Assembly: GCA_001244265.2 (NCBI GenBank)
Contig: LN717261.1
Location: forward strand, 62,001-126,000
Length of the DNA: 64,000 bases
DNA from: Microbotryum violaceum
Lineage: Eukaryota
Reading direction: 5' to 3'
Each line of letters starts with the position of its first letter. Position 1 is the stretch's first letter. Made by a program: the position numbers and the translations under genes. Shown here in pieces: positions 11,855-21,551 of the stretch. Below the pieces are notes generated by a model. That model worked only from the letters and a program-made list of their open reading frames with translations, searched no databases and was not told where the DNA came from.

Positions 11855-13949
11855 GAACAATTTGTTGTCGCGCGACAATTTGACACCACAAGCGCGCAGC
11901 CTATTGGATCGACTTGGCGTAAGCATTCGTCGTCGCTGTCTATCTTGACAATCCGAAATAACGATCTGACGAGACTGTTGCGAGTATTCTCCCCCAAACT
12001 TCTAAGTGAGTATTATCTCCAGGGACTTCTAATTCAGTAATGCTCCGAGCCCTCCATAAGGAGCTCATAAATAAATAGCCAATGAGAAAGACATCCGCCT
12101 CCAAGGAGAGCACGAACAGCCACTGAGAGTTTACCCCACGAAATCTAATCATATCCTAACGACCTGCCCAATGTCCGTATGAGAGATTGAAGGGGGAGAG
12201 TTCTGATCAGCCCCGGACTGTGGCCGGGCCGCCCGTGCCCTCAAAGGTCCCTGTGGAAGGGAAGCCTGGTACGAGCCCTTCGTCAAGGAAGGGGCCCGAC
12301 CAGGGCCATGAACTTTTTTTTCTTTTTTCTTTGGCAGTCCAAAGGTTCAGATTACAATGCCCAGCGCAGAAATTCGACCTGCACCCCACTCTAACACGAC
12401 TGCCTCGACTCGCAGCTGACTTGCATCCGACTTGCGTCCGACTCTGTCGACTCGAATCCGACTCGCCGTCACCCAGTTGAACAGACTCGGGCACGACTCG
12501 CGGTCGACTGGGGGTCGACTCGTGCCTGACTACCTTCCGACTCGCAAGTCGGATTTTTTAACATTTTCGACTCGCGCCCGACTAAGCACCGACTCGCGCT
12601 CGACTAAGCGCCGACTCGCGCCCGACTACCTCGACTCGCGCCCGACTAACCGTTCCTTAGAGGATGATGAGAGCGCCAATTACACGATGCGCTCAGACCA
12701 TCTGGGGCCCGATCGACCGAAATCCGGCAGACTTTGAATCGCTGCAGCTCCACCCACAGCTTATGAAAGCTCTCGCCACTTGGGGCGTGTCATTTTTAGA
12801 GCATAAAGAAAACTAGGGTTCTTCACTTTTGCTTGAAGGCGCCTACTTGCAAGTTACAGAGAACCACCCCAAAATGGCCCTGAAATTTCGGAGGGCCACT
12901 GTGCCAAGCGCGCCGATAACTCGTAAGCCCCTCCCTGAGGGAGGGCTTAGTTGAGCCTACCTACGCGACATCTCGAATGTTATACTTCCCTTTACAACGC
13001 GAGATTCGGGTTATTGCATTTGGATTAGTGCAGTTGGATGAGATTGGTTTAGCGGCGATATTGCGAAATCTTTAAATGCACGTGCCACGACTCCGATTCC
13101 TGTTCGTGCCCCGGACTCAGGAGGTCGGCTCCTGGCACCGTATGCCCGAGCAGCCTTTGATTTCCTCGAACTAAGGAGGTCTCAGATTGCGCGTTCGAAA
13201 ACCGAGTGACGTAGCGCTACATCTAACTAATATGACTATTATCCGATCGGATGCCTCATCAGGTTCGGATTCAGCGCCTCGCGTAGGGCAGCTCAGGGGC
13301 GCATGGAGGGGAGGCACTTGGGTCTTGGGACTTTGGGCTTTTGGGGCTTTGGAATTCTCGTTTCTCGTTTGGTAGATCACTTGAGGAAGCGTCACGCCTT
13401 AGAATGGGGGCTGTTTAGTTTCCATGGCTTGAGTGTAGTGTTGGGAATACGAGTGTATGTGTAACCAGGGTTTTAAGTGTCCAAGTCGCCGAGTCTCGTC
13501 AACTTCCAAGTCCTCTTCGCTCCCTTTTTCGTCTCGGCGTTTGCGGGTTTTGCCCCGCATGCTTTGCCCCTTTCGCGTTCGGCCCGTGCCTCGGTGTAGC
13601 CCTCTCCTCTTTCTTCGGGTTCTGCGTACAGGTCTTGACCTTACCCGGTCCGTGCTACCGAGGGGCTCTGACCCCCCATGGCACGTCTCGGGTGTCAGAG
13701 TCTCGTACCTGCACCCGACCGGCCAACTCCTCGCTCAGGCCACGCGTGAGGCTATACGCCGCTGTTTAGGAGTCCCTTCCCCTAGAGTGAATGCACCGAA
13801 GCGTAAAGGAGCATCTTCAGGACAATACCCAAGCCGGTCCAGGTCCTCGCTTCTTTTCTTGTTTCCCATCCCAGCTGTTCAAGCCATTATAGGTCTTACT
13901 CACTTCTACAAAGTCCTCAAGCTCAAGCATCTCCCCTCTCAACCCAGAT

Positions 13950-14537
13950 ATGAAGTACTCGCTCGTCTTCGGCGCGCTCGTCATGGCCATGGTCGACGTC
14001 TCGGCCCTTCCCAACGACGCGACCAACACCACCACCCCCACCTCGAAAGTCAACGAGTTTCATCCTCTCAAGAACCCCGGGGCTACAGTATCACATGGGC
14101 AACCCTTTGCACAACGATTAGCCTGGCTGTTTGCGTAAGTACTTCGGATCTGGACTGAAATGGCCCCATTTCCAAGTAAAATTTTGGCTAATCTCACCCC
14201 ATCCCATGTGTTACCTTGAAAGCTTTGACGATTGCATTCAAGCTAAATGCAGTTGCTGCATGTGAGTGCGCACTCCCGACCGAATGCGACTCCCATTCGA
14301 TGTGAAACCTCAAAAAAAATCGGACTGGCACCTGCCAGGCGCCGAAGCCAACGTGGTAGCTAATCCTGCGAGTTTGTTCACAGGACTCCGTCTGCGAATA
14401 ATACGTGTAACGACAATTGCGCCGTCTGGGCGAGTTATGAGGGATTGCCAAACCAACCGGACATGCCGACGTCGTCGAATTGCTCAACGTGCCCAACGTG
14501 CCCTGCTGCTCGCCCTCCGAATCGCATCAATTTATGA
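13950..14537 (+). CDS. Small secreted Cys-rich protein family 1, copy 2 (125 aa)
   Basis: Exons 13950-14134, 14223-14261, 14384-14537 (378 nt, in frame): MKYSLVFGALVMAMVDVSALP...FDDCIQAKCSCCMTPSANNTCNDNCAVW...NCSTCPTCP...INL*. N-terminus looks like a signal peptide. Confidence 0.85.
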
Positions 14538-15183
14538 CAGTCTTGGTCTTACTTCAAACATACATAGGCTTGCTTTCGCTTTCCGCTTCGTTCTGTGACT
14601 TGCTTTCCATCACTGCTCTCGCATGTCAATGATATCAACGACAAGTCTCTACATAACATTAGGATCCAAGGTTCGAAGACGAAGGAAGGACGGTATTAAA
14701 TTTGGAGGCTTGTGTAAGGGCGTGGCGGGGGTTTGGAATAGGTGGTGGAGAGTGTAAGGTCCGTGCGCCTGGGCCTTAGAAGGAGGGGGGGCGCGCGCCT
14801 GGGCACTCTTCGTCTCTCCTCAGCGACTAGCGTAGAATGTCCAGTGTCAATCCTACATACTTTGGTCCTGTGATATTATCGTTGTCGCTCCGGTGTGCAC
14901 TCCTACGGGTATTGCAGGTTGGCTTGTTCTTGACTCTGAAGACATGACTAAGTGGGGGAATGGCAGGATGGTTCTATTACTCGACAGGGATTTAGAATTG
15001 GAATCGCGAGACTTGGGTTGATTCACCTCAACCCCTCCTCCTTGGCCTTGTTGCTAGATGTATACACATTCTTGCCATCTTACCCTGGCTACAGTTAATT
15101 CGGCCCGCCATCCAATTGGGGAGGCGGGGTATCTCTAGCAGATTGTTTGGCACCTGGGCGACACTTCGTCTCTGTCTCTCTTC

Positions 15184-15288
15184 ATTCGCTCTCGCATTAA
15201 AGAGTGACTGAAGTGTCGTTCAGGTAGGTTGTCAATTCATATTCCTTATTCGCTCTCGCATTGAAGACTGACTGAAGTGTCGTTCAGA
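15184..15288 (+). repeat. ~40-bp direct repeat pair
   Basis: attcgctctcgcatt(a/g)aaga(g/c)tgactgaagtgtcgttcag at ~15184 and ~15248. Confidence 0.8.
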
Positions 15289-16647
15289 TTTATATCTGCG
15301 AGATGCATAGCGGATCACCCACCAGCAACAATAAATAAAACCTCCGCCTTGCTTTTCCGTTCAAGCTCGTGCCATCCCGTGCATCGGGCAGGGCAGCCAA
15401 TCAACAAACTTCGACGTGTGATTCCGGGCTGAACGTATTGTTGATCGGAGCTGATCTCCACGATGCCGAAGGGAGCATGTCCCCTTTCCCTACTGAATTC
15501 GTAAGCCTTGCAAGCTCCGACTTGGCGCGCGAATCCGTTCTGGCAATTCCGGGACACGCACTGCGTGACAAGGCGAAGATGATCTGACCAGCAGTACATA
15601 TGATTCCTACTGAGGCCTGCTGTTAGTTTACAAAACAGGCACTAGGGAGTCTCTACATGGATCGCATGAACTGTGGTACGCTGGTTTGTGTCCCACAATT
15701 CCAAGATCGATTACCGCGCAGAACGAGCGCTCGATGGATCGGCGGTCACTCGTCATGGCGGCACCTGCAACCAGCGCGATCTTCGCCAACGGGTATTTCG
15801 AATGTTACACCTTCCTTCGCATAACACAAGACTCAGAAACGCGCACCTCGTTAACTTCGATAAAATCGGCTTGGCGACAAATCCGCAAAAAAACTCAGTG
15901 CGCGCGCGACGACTGCGACTCCCGCTCGTGCATCTGACCGCGAGTCGGCCGCTAGCACCGAATCTCCGCTCGATACCCTTAAGCTCAAGAAGCTGAGGAT
16001 CGGGTGAACGAGCTCTAAATTCAAAATAATTCGGCTATAGTCCTACGGATCGAATGTATCATCGAGTTCGGCATCCGGTCTTCTTTGCTGTCTTTCTTAG
16101 GTAGATCGCTTCGGGAAAAATCAGTCCATACCGTTGCTGCTGGTCAGCTTCGGTGGTTTTAGTGTTGAGAAGTCCATTGTGTGTGTTATGAGATTTGCAA
16201 GGGTCCAAGTCTCCGAGTCTCTCTTCAGCGTTCAGGTCCTGTCTGCCCCCTTTCCTGGGCGCTTGCGGAATTCGGCGCGCGCTTCGCCCCTCTCGCGTTC
16301 GGTCCGTGGTCGTCATCCCCCTCTCCTCTCTCTTCGGGTTCTACGTACAGGTCCCAACCTTATCCGTTCAGTGCTAGCGAGAGGCTCTGATACCCCATGG
16401 CACGTCTCGGGTGTCGGAGTCTCGTACCTGCACCCGACCGGCCAACTCCTCGCTCAGGCCGCGCGTGAGGCTATACGCTGCTGTTTAGGAGTCCCTTCCT
16501 CAAGGCCGAGCGCAAGTTCGGTCCACCGAAGCATGAGAGAACATCAGCTTCAGGATAATCCCCACGCCGGACCAGGTCTTCGCTTCTCTTCTTCTTCCCC
16601 ATCCCATCCCTTCACGCCTTCATAGGTCTCACTCGCATCCACAAAGT

Positions 16648-17179
16648 ATGAAGTACTCGCTCGTCTTTGTCGCACTCGTCGTCATTGCCACGCGCATCGT
16701 CTCGGCTCTCGCCGCTGACGCGACCAAACAGGCCTCCACCTCGGAAGTCGACTACCCCTATTTTCCCGAGGAACACGCGGCGACAGTATCACAAGGACCA
16801 CCCACGCGACCCATCACGCATCCAGTAGCCTCGACTCTGAAGTAAGTACTTCGGCCCTGTTCGAGAAGGGCTCCACTTCCTGCCTGAATCTTCGCTCACT
16901 TCTCCCCATCCCATCGGTTGCAGTGAAAGCCTTGTGAATTGTAAAGCGGAGAAATGCACCACGTGCAAGTGAGTGCCCCACTTCTGACCGAAAGCGACGC
17001 ACTCGATCCGAAACCTGTTCAGGAAGTCGGGCTGGCAGCTGCAAGGTGCCCGAATCCGCCATGATAGCTAATTCTGTGCGAATGGATACAACAGGGGTGA
17101 AGCACGGGGGACTTGTATAGAACAATGCGCCTCATGGATGGCACATCAGGCTTCGCAACCCGAGCCCGAAGGTTGTTGA
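16648..17179 (+). CDS. Small secreted Cys-rich protein family 1, copy 3 (107 aa; candidate effector)
   Basis: Exons 16648-16841, 16924-16968, 17095-17179 (324 nt): MKYSLVFVALVVIATRIVSA...LNESLVNCKAEKCTTCKGEARGTCIEQCASWMAHQASQPEPEGC*, with 6 Cys. Length and style recall Microbotryum MVLG_04106 (unverified). Confidence 0.9.
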
Positions 17180-17668
17180 CGAAGGCAACTTCGAGGCGTT
17201 CCAAGGCAGACAAGCCGTCCGGATCGCGGGATCGAGGTCGAACAACATTGAGCCGCACACCAATCGCCCCTGTTTCGCATCGTCGCATCTGTATATAACG
17301 TTCTGATATTACTTTCAACACACATATGTTTGCTCCCTGCTTCATGCTGCCACATGCTTTCGCTTCGATCATTGCTCTGCCTTTGCCGAATGTCAATAAA
17401 ACCTCCATCTTGCTTTTCCGTTCAAGCTCGTGCCATCCCGTGTATCGGGCAGGGCAGCCAATCAGCAGACTTCGACGTGTGATTTCGGGCTGGACGCGTT
17501 TTGTATCAAGCAGATCTCCAAGATGCCGAAGGGAGCATGGCCCTTTCACTACTGCGTTCGTAAGCCTTGCAATCTCCGACTTGGCGCGCGAATTCGCTGG
17601 AAAAAAATCGGGACAGGCTCACCTGGACACTCGTGTTAGTCGCTGAGGGGAGACTAAGACACACTGCG

Positions 17669-17757
17669 TTGTTGAAAGACGATTCAGCGCATGCATCTCT
17701 TGATGGTGCCTTCACTTTTGGTGTACTGGTTAAGGCGACCAGGATGGTTTTACAACA
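17669..17757 (+). mobile_element. Right-half fragment of the TGT...ACA MITE
   Basis: ccttcacttttggtgtactggttaaggcgaccaggatggtttt...caaca matches the right half of the element at 41527-41702. Confidence 0.8.
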
Positions 17758-18282
17758 TGCGTGACAGGAGGAACATTTGTCCAGCAGTTCCTATGACTGA
17801 GACCCACGCCTGCTCCTTTTTCACGACATAAGCATCATGAAGCACCTACATGATCATGGGAACTGTGGTACTTTGGGTCGTGCCCTATATTCCCAGCGTG
17901 TACAGCGCCCTAGTCATTACTCGTGTTCTGGTTTTCTGGTACCCTGGAGTGGTTGCGAGCTATAGCGAATGGCGCGGAGCGGCGCAGCGGCGCAGCACAA
18001 TTTCAGTCTTTGCGGGAGTCGGGTCAGGGGGGCACGGGGGAAGGACCTTGGGACATTGGGCTTTCGGGCTTTGGAATTTTCGTGTGCTCGGTTTCTTAGG
18101 TAGATCGGCACAGGAAGAATCAGTCCATACGTTTGGGGCTAGTTAGATGCCATGGTTTCATTGTTGTGAATCGAGTGTGTGTGACCAGATTTTCAACGGT
18201 CCCAGTCTCCGAGTCTCTCATCAGCGTGCACGTCCTCTGCGCCCCTCTTTCTTTCGGCGTTGGGGTTTCCCCTCCAGCCACT

Positions 18283-18421
18283 GTAAGGGGCTGCCTTACA
18301 GAACAGCCCTTAAGTAGCCTCTGAGTAGCTGGAACTGCGGAGTTTTAGTTACGACTTGCTTCTAGTCTAAGTGGTCAAGAACGGCAGACACTGTATTGTA
18401 TGCACATCAGAGGCGCATACC
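18283..18421 (+). repeat. Dispersed ~140-bp repeat (solo-LTR-like), inverse copy at 38563-38705
   Basis: tgtaaggggctgccttacagaacagc...catcagaggcgcatacct is the reverse complement of 38568-38705. It is inserted relative to the paralogous upstream modules. Confidence 0.75.
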
Positions 18422-19430
18422 TCCCGCGCGCTTTGCCCCTCTCGCGTTCGGCCCGTCCTTAAGTTGTCGCCCCCTCTCCCTTCGGATATACGTACAAACC
18501 AAAACTTTACCCGTTGGGCGTTACCACAGAAGGCTGAAGCCCGAACGCATGTCTCGGGTGTCGGAGTTTTGTACCCGCGACGACTCCGACTCCTGCTCGG
18601 GGATTGCAGGCTCGTATTTCCTGGACGGGGGGGATTGGGAGGTCTCAGATTATTCGTGCGGAATTCTTCAGCTCAAGAGACCGAGGATCGAGTTAAGGAG
18701 CGCTACAACTATTCAATACAAAGCTTTTCCATGTCTCAGCCCTTCCGGGGTTTTCTGGTGGCATTGGAGCGGTTTCGAGTTGGCGGATGGACCCGAGCGG
18801 CTCTTCGCGGATACAGGGTTTGCGGGGGGTTAGCTCTGGGGCGCGAGGAGTTTGAAACTTTGGACTTTGGGTCTTTTTTAGCTTCATTTGCTCTCTTGCT
18901 AGGTGAATCACTTCAGGAAGAGTCAGTCCATAGCGTCGGTGCTAGCCAGATTTCATGACTTCATCGTCGGGAATCGAGTATGTGTAACCAGGTTTTCAAA
19001 GTTTCCGAGTCTCTCGTCAGCGTTCAAGGCGTACACATCCTAATTCGCCCACTTTCTTTTCTCGGCGCTGCGGTTTTCCGCGTCCGCGAGTGGCCCCTCT
19101 CCTGTTCGGCGCATCCGCGAATGTCGCCTTCTCCTCTCGCTTCGGAAACTACTTGCAAACTAAAATCCTAACCTTTGAGCGCTACAAGACTCTGAAGCCC
19201 GAACGCATGTCTCGGGTGTCTTGAGTTTCGTACCTGCACGGGTGCGACCATGATTACAGGAGACCCTCCCCGAGCCTCATAAAAGCAATTTACCAAGCTC
19301 TTTGCTTCTCTTTTTCTTTCCCATCCCATTCCTTCCAGCTCTCATCAATCTTTTCCCAACTCTTCTCAAGTCTTCAAGGCCCCAGAACCTCTCCCCCGCC
19401 CCCCCCCCCCCCCCCCCCCTCAAGCGAAAC

Positions 19431-19968
19431 ATGAAGTACTCGCTCGTGTTCGTTACGCTCGTCCTAATGGCCGCGATCAACGTCTCGGCTATTCCCGCCG
19501 ACTTGACCAAGCCGACCTCCACTTCTTCGGAAGTGGACAAAGTCCACGATCCCAAGAAATATGCGCCACCTGCCGTTATATCATTTATTTCCAAGGCAAA
19601 TGCCACTGTTGCGAGACAGTGAGTACTTGAGATCTGGACTAGACATTCCCATTTTTTATTTGTTTTGGTTCAATCTTTGTTGACCACTTCCCGTCCCATC
19701 GATTGCATTGACAGAACCAAGGATTGTTGTAATTATTGCCTAAAGCGCAGGTGAGTTCCCTTTCCTGACCGAAAGCGGGGCACGATCCAAAACACTTGCC
19801 CATTGCTTCCAGAATTTGGGCCGGCAGCTGCCAGATACCATAACGAAGCCACCATTAATAGATAGCTAACTCTGTGCGTATGGATACAGACGCGACGGTG
19901 TGAAGCTAAACAGCTGTTATGCTATATGCCTCTGGTCCTCTGGGAAGTGGACGACAAAGTGCCCCTAA
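19431..19968 (+). CDS. Small secreted Cys-rich protein family 1, copy 4 (100 aa)
   Basis: Exons 19431-19618, 19715-19750, 19890-19968 (303 nt): MKYSLVFVTLVLMAAINVSAIP...QTKDCCNYCLKRRRDGVKLNSCYAICLWSSGKWTTKCP*, with 6 Cys. Confidence 0.88.
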
Positions 19969-20404
19969 AGACTTGTTAAGGTTGGCAACTTCCGAGTCGC
20001 TCCACCCGGAAGGATCGTCAAGCCGGCTTCACGGAATCGAGGCCGAACAAGGTCGAACCCGCCCGACCTTCACCCCTACTTGGCATCATGGCATTCTTCA
20101 AACTTGCATTCCGACCCTTTCGTGAACATTATATTCTTTGCGATCCTCTCCTCTCTCTGTTTCTCGTCATGCCACATACTTTGATCAGTACTTTTTGCTT
20201 TTATCACGTGTGAATAAGAATCTCAGTTTCCGGTTCATGCTCGTCCGGTGTACCGTTTTGCAGAATTGAAGCCATCGTAAAGTGAGATGAAACGCTCTTT
20301 CCGACCCCCCATCACCTCCCCAGTACCTAGAACACTTCCAAACGCCTACAAAATTACACGCCAATCTATAAAAGTAATAGACTCGCCTACGGTCTTCCAC
20401 CGGT

Positions 20405-21229
20405 TCATCCCTCCAACAATTCCGAACACAACCAATCCTCGTAACTACCATCGGGTAAGAACCTCCTCACGACCAAAGGGATCTTGTTCGCTGCCAATTC
20501 CTTCATCGCGATCATCAAAGGGTCTGATTCACCTTGCAAAGGAACGAGTACGGGAGCGTTCATACTAATTCGGAATGAATCAATCTCACTCAGGTCAACT
20601 CAACCCTCTCTCTTTCTCTCTGCCCGAATCTAACTCTCCAAAACACCAACTCACCTAATTTGTAAAGCTCTCGTACCCAATACCCTTGCCTTTTCATACT
20701 TTGTCATATAAGGTGTGGTAACCCTGTCTTGGTTAGGTTTCAAAGGTCGTTTAAGACCGGGTGGTAATTGACCTGATTCGACGACCCCGTTTTCCGATTC
20801 AAGTGCTGCGAAATCGGTCGATTCGTCTAGGTTGTAATCGGCGTCCTTATGGGAAACATGAAAGAAAGATTACAGTTTAATTCGATTGATCGAGTGCTCA
20901 AGATTAGACGTGGGAGGGGGAAAGAGTGTCGATCGTAAGATCGATCTCTGGCTTGCAGTCGACTTGTGCCCGCCCGCCCTGGCACGACCGGACGGGGTGG
21001 TGCTCATCTTCAACTCACGTAATTCTGATCAAAACTAAACCCCCAAGAAAAAACGACACAATCAAAATCAGCTCTCGACGATCGTGCGTGACCGGACAAG
21101 GGTTCTTGTTCTTGGCTCATGAACGGAGGGTGGGATTACCCCTGCCCGAGCTGTGATCGACGAGTGACTGTAGGTATGAAAAAGAACTCACTCTTCATCT
21201 TCACCTCTGTACGATCCGGCGTCTGACAT
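20405..21229 (-). CDS. RPB6: RNA polymerase I/II/III shared subunit Rpb6 (RPABC2)
   Basis: Spliced translation [26 protein letters not shown]...[80 protein letters not shown] carries the diagnostic Rpb6 core. Includes a 16-nt micro-exon at 21019-21034. Absent from the ORF track. Confidence 0.95.
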
Positions 21230-21551
21230 GGTAAGGAAGAGGTGTAGTGTGGGGTGAGAGGTGAGAGGGTGAGAGGGTGAGAGGGTGAGAGAGGTCGAGG
21301 TGAGTTGGGGTTGCAAAGTCAGAAGAGTGCGGCTGCTTAGCCATTCGCGCGAGTAACTCTATAAAGTACAATTTTAGGATAACCGATTCCGCTCCGAGCT
21401 GGGAAAACCACGCGCCAGCCCACCCAGCCCACCCAGCCAGCCCAGCCCAGCCCAGCCCAGCCCAGCCCAGCCCAGCCCGCCCACCCAGCCCGCCCTAGGG
21501 TCAGACTCTCTCTCTCTCTCCTCTTTCTCTCTCCCTCCAACCGAGCGAGAT
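21230..21551. promoter_or_regulatory. Bidirectional RPB6/TAF1 intergenic region (322 bp)
   Basis: Lies between divergent ATGs. Contains (GAGAGGGT)n at ~21255-21290, a TATA-like ctataaag at ~21359, a (CCCAG)n array at ~21415-21490 and (CT)n. Confidence 0.7.

Larger units (their letters stand above)
4715..12662 (-). mobile_element. CACTA/EnSpm (CMC superfamily) DNA transposon, ~7.95 kb, apparently full length
   Basis: The terminal inverted repeat CTCTAAGGAACGGTTAGTCGGGCGCGAGTCGAGGTAGTCGGGCGCGAGTCGGCGCT starts at 4715, and its reverse complement ends at 12662. Many subterminal AGTCGGGCG(CG) repeats lie at 4730-4970 and 12400-12650. The element encloses a Tnp2-type transposase ORF. Confidence 0.9.

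Noticed and set aside
13457-14158. 233-aa ORF and similar ORFs at 16134-16625 and 18371-18958 upstream of family-1 genes
   Set aside because: Similarity is at the DNA level from the duplicated module. Frames and stops are not conserved, so they are treated as non-coding.
14713-15092. Possible solo LTR (tgtaagg...ctaca)
   Set aside because: No TSD and no second copy in the window.
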